Shown here: positions 1-10,330 of the stretch, piece after piece
How positions within the stretch are numbered: the first letter of the stretch is position 1
Layout of the letters: every line of letters begins with the position of its first letter
From: Patiria miniata
Taxonomy: Eukaryota
Assembly: GCF_015706575.1 (NCBI RefSeq)
Contig: NW_024037060.1
Coordinates: forward strand, 945,983-1,009,982
DNA: 64,000 bases
Direction: 5' to 3'
The notes under the pieces: generated by a model
What the model was told of the DNA's origin: nothing
The model's input: only the letters and a program-made list of their open reading frames with translations
Database searches by the model: none
Program-made: the position numbers and the translations under genes

Positions 1-934
1 TTGGCTCCTAATGGCTTAACGGTTTGGAGTGCAAAAGCCATTATATGTACCTTTTTGATGACTCTATTAATTCAAATAACGAAACCTTATATCAAAAAAT
101 CCGATTATTCATTAACGAACCCTTTTTGCCGACAAATTCAGTTGACTCGCCTAAAACGTAATTAAATTTTCTGATCGCATGAAACTTTGTAGAATCGATA
201 TTTTTTCTAAAAGCCCGCAATATTTGTTCATAAAGTGAACACGGTGTCCTGGCGTTCTAATACCAAAACACATTAACTCTAGTAGCAGGTGCAACACAAA
301 CTGCACACAGTCCAATCTTGGTTGTTACGGTTGCACGACTGCAGACATTGCCTCACCCCCCCCCCCCCCTCAGTCCCTGCGCACATGCGGTGATACCTGC
401 AATGATTTGCCCCTACATTTTTTCCTCTTCTTTCCCGCCAAATCTGTAACGAACACAAAAGGCTTTGACGTTGGCTTCTGGTCAGAGATCTGTGACATGA
501 AAGCAACTCCTCCCCGATCGAGCGTCTGCAATACTCGCAGAGGAGATCAAGTTGCACGTATTTTGTAGGATATTTCCCAAGAGATTTTCGCAATGTTCTT
601 CAAACGTACCATTTGGGTAAAAGCAAATAGACCACAGCTGCCCGAGAAAGGAGAATAGACCGTCGCCTCCAGGGAAAGGAGATAATAATAATTTGGGAGG
701 CTAATCATCCTTACTCGCAGCTGGGATGCTGAATTGCGAAGGACGCGGCTACAACGTGGTCGGGCCGCTGGCACGTAAAGGCGCCTCTGGCTGCCAGCCA
801 CATCGACCCATATAAGACCACGGAGCACAGCCTGAGATCGAAAGTGTTTGATTTTTCCGGAGGGAGGAAAACCGGAGGGCCCGGAGAAAAACCCTCGTGG
901 CACAGGAGAGAACCAACGCACAACTCTACTCACA

Positions 935-1012
935 TGCGATCTGCGGCCAGGATTCGAACCGTGGTCACCTTGGTGAGAGGCGAGCGCTTTACGCACACGC
1001 CACCCGTGCCAC
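935..1012 (-). other. tRNA-like 78-nt segment with a perfect B-box (GGTTCGAATCC). It does not fold into a clean cloverleaf and is probably a SINE-derived or tRNA-pseudogene fragment.
   Basis: The minus-strand sequence is GTGGCACGGGTGGCGTGTGCGTAAAGCGCTCGCCTCTCACCAAGGTGACCACGGTTCGAATCCTGGCCGCAGATCGCA. A T-arm is recognisable only with a bulged C. No complementary acceptor stem could be found by eye. Confidence 0.3.
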
Positions 1013-4000
1013 CCTAGATCAGTGGAATTACGGCACACGAAGTAGAATTTTGCACTTAAGTTCCCAAAATTCCCTCAACTACGGACTAGGCCAAAACAGT
1101 TTGCGAAACTGACCGCTTTCTTTTAAAAAATAAATTGCGGAGCATCAATGTACATAGTACAAGGCCCGAACACATGGGCCTCTCACATTTTGTGGGGCCT
1201 CCGGTTCTGTTAATTGTCTACCACTGTTCGTCCTTTAGTGGGAAAAACAAGATTTTGAGCTGGACCCGAAAGCTTCAGTGTAGGACTTTATTTGTACGCA
1301 GTATTAGTCAGTCAGAGGACGATAGTCTGGCCCTTCAGGTTTAGCAAGATCGTACCAATGGGAACGAGGTTGAGGCCAGTCCACAATATGAGATATTGGT
1401 ATATCGTAAATTCATATTGTTAACGTCACTGAGATGATAGCAGTCTACTCGCTCCCAAAACGTGGCGCATTATATTTTTAGTTTTACCAAAGGCTGTAGC
1501 GCATCGCTTGGGCAAAAGGTTTTAATCCCAAATTTGAAATATACATTTAAATGTATATATGAATCTTGAAGTTTTATTTCGAAACGATTTCCTTATTTTA
1601 TTAAGTAGTGCGCACTCGCACTGCGCACTTCATCAAGGCTCCGACCCTCCAGGACGGAGTCTTTATCTAGACGGGTGAAAGACATCGAGCTGTATTCAGT
1701 TAATTTAATTATAGTCCTATGGTTGCGCCTGGGTTTATTTTGTCGCCTAATGGCAATCAGGAGTGGCGATTTATTGTACAATTTGGGGGACCATTAGCTT
1801 GAGAAATTGGGGGGGGGGGGGTTGAACGCTAACATAGTTAGACTGTTTTTCAAGCATGTACGTTTGGACATAAATACATCTGTATTTACGACTTTTCCTA
1901 CCATTATGTAACGTTAAATGATGTATTAAGTTGGTAATGGACGACAGTATATTTGAGCTTATTACAAATTGGAAACACAATTTTTGTGAACGTTTGTGTA
2001 ATTTTGGTAAAGCTTTGCAACGGGATTAATCCCCCCCCCGACTGTCCTCGAGATCGCCACCCGTAGCAATATTTCAAAATTCAGGAAAACAGGTTTCGCC
2101 CCTCTGTACTTCATAAAATTAGGTTGAGTAGAATTTATCCATCTATTACACCCAAGGGGGATTTACCTAACAGCTTGTTTTTCAGGTCGAATGGCACAAA
2201 TTAATTCATAAATCACACTGGTTGTTTTCGCTGCGAATGTAGAACTAAAGCGGCTCATATTATAGCGGTTTTATTATGGGCTATGACTGGTACTTCTTGC
2301 GTCTAGGATCGCACTAATTGCATTCCAATTTTGAGACAACTGCGTTTCATGAGATTTTCTTTTTTTCATTCCTAATTTTCTCTGTTTTTTTCTCTTTAAA
2401 ATAGTGACGGTGGATATATCATGGGTCTCTTAAAGTACAGTGGGTTTGTATTTTGCCCAAATGTTGGTCAACACACCCCCTGCCGTCACTAAGTCTCTTA
2501 GTATACTTGGCAACGGCTGGGGGTAACGCACGTGACCACGGGTAGCCAATCAGCCACTTTCATGGACGCGTGATTTATTGCAAACCGTGGCAAGTTCTAA
2601 GGCGACACTATTTTGTTCACGCGAGACAAAGCTTTTTAGAAAAAAAACTAAAAAAAAATCAATTTCTTTCGTCAATTAATTGGCAATTTTAGTCCCGCTG
2701 GCATCCTTGGGTACGTTTGTGTGAAGCTCCTTGATATACCCTTTCCTGAATTGACAGGTCGTATATTTTTAACTGCTGGAAGTCAAAGCCAATTAGCTAG
2801 CCAACTAATCAGTACAATGCGACACAAACATGACGCCGATTTATTGCGTTTTTGTTATGAAACTGCCTGCGTATGTTCCCTGGAGTCTCGATAATAAGCA
2901 CGGGAAAACAGCACGGAGCTGAAACACTTAATGAGGTAGAAGCCTGAGCCTGCTTCTTCCATGAAATTGAAACGAGCTTCCAATTGTGGCAAACCTCCAT
3001 CAATTTATTTTCATATCCATCACTGTCTAATATGTAACCCTTCATCAGTTCATGGTAATCAGTTCAGCAAACGGTAATTTTTCTGCACTGCTACATATTG
3101 TCAGGTTTGGCTCAAGAGAGGGGGTTAATCGGTCGAGGGTAAGCCCAAGGGGAGGCCGTGATTTTTCCTTTTTTTGCGGCCGGGGGGGGGGGGGTGTTTA
3201 AACCCCCTTACCCCCACCGTAGATCCGGCACTGATTATACACTGCCAGTCTTTTTTGCAAGGTTGTGTGACCTCACTTATCCTGCCAAGAAATAGTTCGT
3301 TCAAACAGCCAAACACGTTGACCTACATCGATGATATTTTAAGATCATAAACGAAAACAAAGTCTTCCTTGGCAAAAGAGGTGCTTCCCCATGTTAATGA
3401 GCTCCTTCGTTCTAGATTTGACTTTCAAATTTCCACCGCCGTGTTTGTTCGAGTAGGAATTTCGCTCTCAGGTTGCGAGTAAACAAGAGATCGGATTATT
3501 ATCATGCTAAAAGGGGCATTCAATTTTTCAAACTTGAATTTGATTTTTCCCCCCTATAGTCGAATAGTACACAGTGGCGTATAAATAGGCATGACCTTCT
3601 TTAGGTGCATTTCAAGGGGGTAACAAAGGCAGTGACACGTATCATTAACAATGCAATATGATTTGTCAAGATCTCAAAAGGGGGGGGGGGGGGTTTGAAG
3701 GGGACGTTTCCCCCCATTGCGTCCCCCAGTAGTTGCGCCACTGGCAGTACATTTCCAATTTTAGGAGGAAAAGGATACGAGAAATAATTCAGAAAACTGA
3801 AAAAAAAAAGCAGCAGAAAACGGGATAACCAATAAAAGGAAAACATCATAAATAAATACTCTTTTTGTCTTATATCTTTTGTATTCTGTAAAATAGTTCA
3901 TTTGTAAAAACAAGGCACTTGAGGGTGGAATATGCAAAACAGTGTGTATTTTTATCTGGTTCTCAATTTTACTCAAGCAATTCATTGAGGTAGCTGAAAT

Positions 4001-5772
4001 TATAAAAAGCAATAATGCACTGGCTCTGAAGCTTTTTTGCTGTTGTTTCGTATCAGATTTACCATATTGTACACATTTACTAAAACAGTTTATTTGGATA
4101 ACATATATGTTTTAACTGATCTAAGCACAAAAAATAACAAAATGGAAAAAGCGATTGGATTGGATACAAAAAATTAACAAACAGATCTTTCTTTTTTTTA
4201 AAGTCTTTAGGTAATTTAGGTGTTTTGGGCATGCAAGTCACTGATTCTCAAAATCCCAAAAACTTGGCAAAACGGAGAGTATGTGACCATGTTATTACGG
4301 TTTCTTTAGCATTTCTCCCAGTGCGTTTTTTCCACATCAATGTTCTGGCAAATGTTCACCCCCATGTAACTTAAAGACAAATAAGAACATATTCTTAAAG
4401 CGCTTAACATGAAGCAGTTATTATAGAGTATTTACATGATTACAAAAATATCTTTAATAACGAAACGTGCATCGATTTTCAGTAAACAAGGCACATAAAG
4501 GAACAAATGCATATCTATAATGTACACTTTAATTTACGTTAAAACCGCACTGTCTTTGCAGCACTATACACATTTTTCAAATTTGATAAACGATAACATT
4601 ATTTTGACAATGAGTGAAAGGTTTGGACATTTTAATTTAAATAAATCATTTTTATGTGATTCATTTGTATAAAGGAAATAAGTGCAAAGCAAGACGATAT
4701 TAGCAAATCTTGCAATCACATAAAAACTCTTCTGTAGCCCTACGCTAATCATATTTATCAATTTCTTTTCATTATTATTTTGAAGGTGCATTTTGAAATT
4801 ACATATTGGAAAACCCCATGTAATTGGTCTCCTAGGATAATTCAACCCTCCCGTTCATTTATCCCTGCGACTTTCCCACAGGCCCGGCCAATTTCCCTCG
4901 AAAAGTTGTTTCGATAAGCCGTAGGCGGCAGCAAACTGCTTTAAAAGTGACACACAGCAATACGCACAGTGCACTAGCACACGAATGTATTGTCCTTATG
5001 CAGACAAACAATTTAAGTGGAATGGAAGTTTGAAGTTTGACGCTGCGTTATATCGCCTCGCAGCTGCTTGACCATGGTTCATTGCAAGTTCCCATCCAGG
5101 CTGACATGCAGCTTTGGTTTTCAGTCCCTACCTGATTTCGTGAGTTGTCCTAGATTATCCCTACGAGGTTTATTGCCTCTAAAAGTGGGTACTTCTCCCG
5201 TCTTCTTCCTTAAGGCTTTCCAGCTACAGTACCTAATTGTGCACTCTTGAAGAATTATTTTGTTTCATTGTAAGAAAACAGATCAGTTGAGAATAAGTCA
5301 GAGAGGCAAAACGTTACATTCCAGGTGCTTGCTTGTTTCTATCAAACTAAAGAGAAAAGATTGCCTCTCCAAAGATACACGTAACACTTGATTCTGCGCA
5401 AAACATTCGTCTACGTTATCGCAGGTGTCATTTAGTATATGATGACTATACGTCAAAGAATCGTGTTTCCTTGTACGGGAGCGCAGAAACGTGCAGTTTC
5501 GATCTGTCCAATCATAATAGGGTGGAAAAAATGAAAAGATCAGCGGTAATGGTCATTGAACACTAACAAGCAAATCGTCATTTAATATGAGCAGTGAACT
5601 TGTTTTTTTAAGAGTTCTTTGCTGGCAGAATAACAAAATTATTTGATTATTTTATAATTGTTATCAATATTTGAACTCCAAAATGTTCCATCACAATAAG
5701 ACACAAAATTTCAACTCAGTTTATTGGCCCAAAAGAAAAGAAAACGATGTGAAGCAAAATGTAAAGACTCAC

Positions 5773-5849
5773 CAGAAGTAATCGTAGCTTATAACAATTC
5801 TATCCGGTCTTCCCCTTGCGCCGAGGTCACGCAAGGCCGATTCGTGGGT
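5773..5849 (-). CDS. Candidate 77-nt exon (THESALRDLGARGRPDRIVISYDYF) in a phase compatible with the 6316..6399 exon.
   Basis: The acceptor is gttttcttttcag|ACCCACGAA and the donor is TTCTG|GTGAGTC. Only the phase-0 frame is open. An AATAAA (plus-strand tttatt at 5720..5725) lies about 50 nt downstream. Confidence 0.25.
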
Positions 5850-6315
5850 CTGAAAAGAAAACATTTGACAAATGTTACCCAACCATCCAAAAAATAACCC
5901 ATTTCTCGAGATGGGATCTCAATTCCTTTTCTCTCTCACTTTATACATTGTAAGAATGCTATTTTAAGTGAAATAAGACCTTCCAAACCAATTTGAAATA
6001 ATCACTGTGGATCTAAAGATTTAATGGGATATTTTAAACTGTAGAGTATTACATTCAACACAGTGCATAAATCTGCAAGGGGCAGTTTGCAACTTACATT
6101 TTAACCATTCCAACGCTTATTACATTGTTTTGTCGTTGTGGTTTCCCAAAGAAAGATCAAAGCAAGGTATCTTTCGCAAGGACACAAGTGCTACGGTAAG
6201 TTCGAGTTTTGATTAACAATATTGTTGGCCCACAAAGTCATTGCTGATACTTGTATAATAATTGGCTTCATTTGATCCATCAGCGATGTTATTTGTGCGC
6301 CGATTACTTTCTTAC

Positions 6316-6399
6316 CGTAGTAAATGGAGTTCCTCTGACCGGACTTTGAGACCGACGCCTGGGGAGTCTGAACCGATCCGTCTGCTGGCCATCATCGCT
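6316..6399 (-). CDS. Candidate 84-nt internal exon (SDDGQQTDRFRLPRRRSQSPVRGTPFTT). It could be an alternative continuation of the mucin cytoplasmic tail or an exon of a downstream minus-strand gene.
   Basis: There is a strong acceptor (tactttttttattctgcag|AGCGATG) and a strong donor (ACTACG|GTAAGAAAGT). It is open in phase 0, which is the phase produced if the tail exon used the CAG|GTATAA donor-like site that overlaps its stop codon. Confidence 0.3.
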
Positions 6400-7340
6400 C
6401 TGCAGAATAAAAAAAGTAATACAATTCCTGACCAGATCCCCGAGTGAGTTTTAGGAAAAAGTGTTTTTAATTATTAGTTATTTGTAGGAATTAAGAAACG
6501 CGAAAATTGATCTGACATTATGTAGGTAAAAGTTGACTGTTCCTGTTGTTTACACTGTGAAAGATTCTGTTAAAATGCCAATTACTCATAAGTTGCTCTG
6601 GTAATTTGTGACCAATTTTGGGCTCACATTTATGTTTCAGAGCATTTTGTGGGCTGAAAGTTGGAATTGGAGTGAACGACGAAGTTTGGTTAATGAAATT
6701 CCATTCTTTAATGTTATACACCTTATAATAGACGATTTCAAATTAGATTTAGACCTCGTTCTCTTTTTTTGTTGAGAGGATTCAAAAACAGGAAAGTTCC
6801 CTTTAGCACTGACAGCCTCGACCTGACTACTTATCCGGAACTAATTCCCTGTTTTCTTAGTAAATAAAGAAAGAGACGTATTCAAAAATTTGAAGAAAGG
6901 TAGGATACATTTGTTTTTGCGTGTTTCGTTAAACTCACCACAGTTGCACTTCTTTTTACATGGGATTGTGTACGAGAGCTACTGGCTAGTTCGGTCTCCG
7001 GGAGGCGTAGCAGTGGGAGACTGTAGGCTCTCTGATTCTGTGAAAGACAGAAATGCTAGATAAGATTGAGCATCCCGAGACTATTAGACAACTAAACGTA
7101 ACGTCCCCAGATGGAATACTGTTGCCTTATAGGAGCCAAAGCTTCTGCCTGTCATTTATCTCTAGTAGATCGGGTTGCAGAAGCGAAAGTCTTCGATGCA
7201 AATGCCAAATGCAAACCATCAATAACAAAAGAAAAAGGTTTCAAGTTCAAGTTTGCAGATGGAAATAATTTGTCTCGCAAATTCCGTACCACTTTACAAC
7301 AGAAGGGTTTGACTATATCTGTTAAACTTAAAAATGATAA

Positions 7341-7346
7341 TTTATT
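7341..7346 (-). other. AATAAA polyadenylation signal about 40 nt downstream of the TAA stop.
   Basis: Plus-strand tttatt at 7341..7346 is the reverse complement of AATAAA, in the context ctAAAATAAAttatc on the minus strand. Confidence 0.4.
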
Positions 7347-7383
7347 TTAGACTGTTCCAAATAAATTGACTTCTGTGTGACAT

Positions 7384-7787
7384 TTATACCTGTGGCACTG
7401 TCTCGAAGACGGTTTTCAGATTCTGCGCCCACTCCAGTTCCCTCTCAGTGAGCGATTCCTGCGACCCAGAGCCCACCCCTTCACCGGCGTGTCTTGCCCC
7501 AGTAAACACAGCCTCGTCCCCGTCGGTCACCATGTCCAAGTTACTCAGACCGTAGCTGGACGGGTACAGGGACTGGCTGCCGTGTGGGGTGACTCGCCTC
7601 CACACGGGCTGACTTAGGCTCAACTCGTCCGGTGACTCCAGGGAGTAAGTGGACGATTTACGCCTCTTCTTCCGCCGACGCAGAAGGTGAACTACGACCA
7701 AGACGAGGGCGATGATGAGAAGCACTGCAGCGGTGACGGAGGACGCTATGATGATGATGGTGTAGTCTTGCTCTGGGCTGATTGGAA
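7384..7787 (-). CDS. Terminal coding exon with a transmembrane helix (IIIIASSVTAAVLLIIALVLVVVHLL), a basic stop-transfer stretch (RRRKKRRK) and a Ser/Tyr-rich cytoplasmic tail. The stop codon is TAA at 7384..7386.
   Basis: The acceptor is cttacaaaaatttag|TTCCAATCAGCC, with G+TT giving Val (phase 1). A 26-residue hydrophobic segment is followed by an Arg/Lys cluster. The tail carries YSLE/YPSS/YGLS tyrosines and an acidic C-terminus. Confidence 0.7.
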
Positions 7788-7951
7788 CTAAATTTTTGTA
7801 AGAAATTATAACGATTTCAAGTATAAAAACTATTTTAAGATTATAAAATATCTAACGTCATACTTTTTGTGTGTATGATGTAATGCTTTAAAATTAACAT
7901 GATTTAACTGAATTTGACTAGTCAGACTGACAAGATCATTCTTTTTTATAC

Positions 7952-8092
7952 CTAATGAACAGTATCTGCCCGGTATATCTGTCCTTAGATCAGTGTATCC
8001 ATCCACACAGCTACACGTGAAGTAGTCTTCCGTGTCCGTACAAATAGCGTTGTCGCTGCAGTCATCCATGTCGGCCTCACATTCGTTTAGAG
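7952..8092 (-). CDS. Exon encoding a second EGF-like domain (ALNECEADMDDCSDNAICTDTEDYFTCSCVDGYTDLRTDIPGRYCSL).
   Basis: The acceptor is cctatttag|CTCTAAACGAATGT and the donor is TTAG|GTATAA. Six Cys are present with C-x-C-x-x-G-Y. The phase is 1 in and 1 out, consistent with its neighbours. Confidence 0.7.
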
Positions 8093-8393
8093 CTAAATAG
8101 GTAAATCGAGCAATACATGCCGGTGAATGTTGAGAATTGGTAAGTTATTTATGTTTCTCAGTAATAGGTGCAGTTAAGATTGGTTAGGTTTAATATTTGA
8201 AACACCCTAAAATACTGTGCGGGGAACCAATTACACTTTTCATAACAAGCTTTAGCTGCTATCCCGCAGCTAAACAGAAACAGTAATAAACGGTAATAGA
8301 TAATCGACGGTTAATCAGTTGGACGATCAAAAAGAGTCATTGTCCATTTCAAACTCTTCGATTTGTTAAATTGATGGATTTAAATCGACTTAC

Positions 8394-8616
8394 CACTCAC
8401 AATGATGGAATCATTGGCCACCCGTAAAGTATTGTTTAAAGTATCCGATAATACTGCCTCCTTCATAGTGTCTTGAAGGTAGGTTTCGTTGACCGTAGAA
8501 TTAGAGGCTAGTTCGATGGTGTACTCGGCTTTAATACTCCCAGGTGCAAATCGAATGACACTACAGCTTATGAAGATGGTGCTTGTGAGAGGGTCGTTCC
8601 TGTAAACCAATGCAAC
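8394..8616 (-). CDS. Exon encoding the C-terminal half of the SEA domain, including the autoproteolysis-type motif (VALVYRNDPLTSTIFISCSVIRFAPG|SIKAEYTIELASNSTVNETYLQDTMKEAVLSDTLNNTLRVANDSIIVS).
   Basis: The acceptor is cgtttttctcccacag|GTTGCATTG (phase 0). The donor is GTGAGTG|GTAAGT (phase 1), which is the only choice that keeps the next exon open. The motif RFAPG-SIKAEY parallels the FRPG-SVVVQ cleavage site of mucin SEA domains. There are four N-x-S/T sequons. Confidence 0.7.
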
Positions 8617-8774
8617 CTGTGGGAGAAAAACGATTGGCTGTTTATACAATCAATCCAAAGTGTACGTGGAGTAACGTATACAGCTTTTGGAACGAATATG
8701 TGAATTGAGAGAAAATTTCTCTTTACCAGCCCTATTTACCAGATGAAATCATCATGAGGTTTACTCCTACTCAC

Positions 8775-8917
8775 CGCGGAGCAGACTGTTATTTCAAGAG
8801 ATATAAAACTCTCGCTCGTTCGAATGGTCAAATCTGTGGTGAATACTGCCTCTTGACTCGCACCAGTCTCATCGACGAGTCCTGTTATACGGAATGATGA
8901 CTGGAAGGACTTCAGCT
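8775..8917 (-). CDS. Exon encoding the N-terminal half of the SEA domain (..LKSFQSSFRITGLVDETGASQEAVFTTDLTIRTSESFISLEITVCSA).
   Basis: The acceptor is ctcatgctgtactcccatccag|AGCTGAAG, in phase with the preceding exon. The donor is a canonical GCG|GTGAGT. The exact acceptor is the least certain boundary in the gene. Confidence 0.5.
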
Positions 8918-9697
8918 CTGGATGGGAGTACAGCATGAGATGGTTCAGTGGCGTCGATGGTTACATTTTGACATTAACAAAATGGTTTGACATGAATGTG
9001 AACAGCTTAGTACGCTATCGTTATCCCTTATCGGTGTGCTTTGTTATTGCTCAATTCAAGAGAATTGTTGATGCTCAATGGCACTCATACTTGTCACTCA
9101 TTATACGCATTGAACTAACTAGATACCCTATTGTGGCTACAACTTTGTTTGCTTCTTCAGCCTTATTGCACGACGGTTGAAATGGATGTCAGATATGGTG
9201 CATGTCAACCGGAGGGCCTATACTAAAGGTTTAATCATTCAGATTGATATCAATTCAATAGTTATGAACCAAGACTGATGAGTATTCGGATATTTGCAGG
9301 ATTTCATGACACTTAGGAACGAACCTCGTTTTACTCCAACATTTGAAATTAAAGCGGTAGTTGCGATCCAAACACAACTAATCCTTGTTAATTGAATAGG
9401 ATTTGTTTCACCAGTTTAAGGACTCTCGGTACTCAACTAGATCAGTCAGAGGACCACAGTTACCGGAAATTATAGAAGTGGTACTTTACTCCCATGTGTT
9501 CTGAATTTGCGTATGTTTGTAATGTGATAACCCCGTTGGTGTAAGGAACATTTTGTGTGCGCGTGTAACCTGCACATGAGCGTGGTACAAATTGTACCAT
9601 ATTAATAATACCCTCTGATTGCGTTCGCCAGTTAAACCCGGAGTTTATTTTAATGTAAAACCATTTTCCACCGCTTAAAATACATGATTTATCTTAC

Positions 9698-9820
9698 TGG
9701 TACATTTGCCGGTCGAGTCTAGCGTATAGCCTGTCCTGCATTCACATGTGTATCCGATTTGTTGGTCTATGCACTCCTGAACCACACGATCGCAGTTATC
9801 GAGGAACAATGCACATTCAT
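9698..9820 (-). CDS. Exon encoding a calcium-binding EGF-like domain (DECALFLDNCDRVVQECIDQQIGYTCECRTGYTLDSTGKCT).
   Basis: The acceptor is tttttttcccgttcttttcag|ATGAATGT and the donor is CCA|GTAAGA. Six Cys have EGF spacing, with an N-terminal D-E-C motif and a C-x-C-x-x-G-Y motif. The phase is compatible with the giant exon (phase 1 in, phase 1 out). Confidence 0.7.
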
Positions 9821-10330
9821 CTGAAAAGAACGGGAAAAAAATTAATATATCAGCTTCAATTTACAGATGCCATTGAAATCAAAGCAAAACTGGATAACGC
9901 TGTGTGGCGAAGTAACAACAACTTGTCAATACCCCTTTTTGAGATACTTCAACTAGGAGGGTGTATTTGGTTCGCTTCAACTCATTTCCACGTATGACAC
10001 TTTTGTCTTAACTCAAGTTTTAAAGTCGTCTCACCCCATCATGGCTGCAATGATCTCAAACAGGCTAGCAAACACTTTTATTGACAATTGTGTGGACAGG
10101 GTACACAAACCATTTATTAAGTTGCCTCAGGGGAATGAACCTGAATATAAGTGCACGTCTTGGCGTTCAAGTCCTTAATTAATGTCCCCTTTTTGACAGT
10201 TGACGGCGTGCTTGTGTACAACGTCCATACTGTTCATATATCAGAAGGATATTAAGATATCTTGTTTTAATTATTGGGTGTATTAGTTCCATTGGTATTG
10301 CGTAATTAAACTTGATAACAAAACACGTAC

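Noticed and set aside
935-1012. A functional tRNA gene.
   Set aside because: Only the B-box/T-loop is canonical. The T-stem needs a bulge, and no acceptor or anticodon stems could be paired by eye.
2510-2570. A CCAAT box (ccaatcag) with an adjacent E-box (cacgtg) as a possible promoter.
   Set aside because: These are isolated short motifs with no downstream ORF or exon evidence nearby. They are too common by chance in 64 kb to call.
6262-6447. A plus-strand 61-aa ORF (MASFDPSAMLFVRRLL...) with a GTGAGT at 6443.
   Set aside because: It overlaps the better-supported minus-strand candidate exon 6316..6399, which has both a strong acceptor and a strong donor. The plus-strand reading is kept only as an unresolved alternative, not as a called feature.
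8935-9997. Plus-strand ORFs at 8935..9180 and 9746..9997.
   Set aside because: They lie antisense to the EGF/SEA exons and introns of the mucin gene. They have no splice or start context and no recognisable domains.
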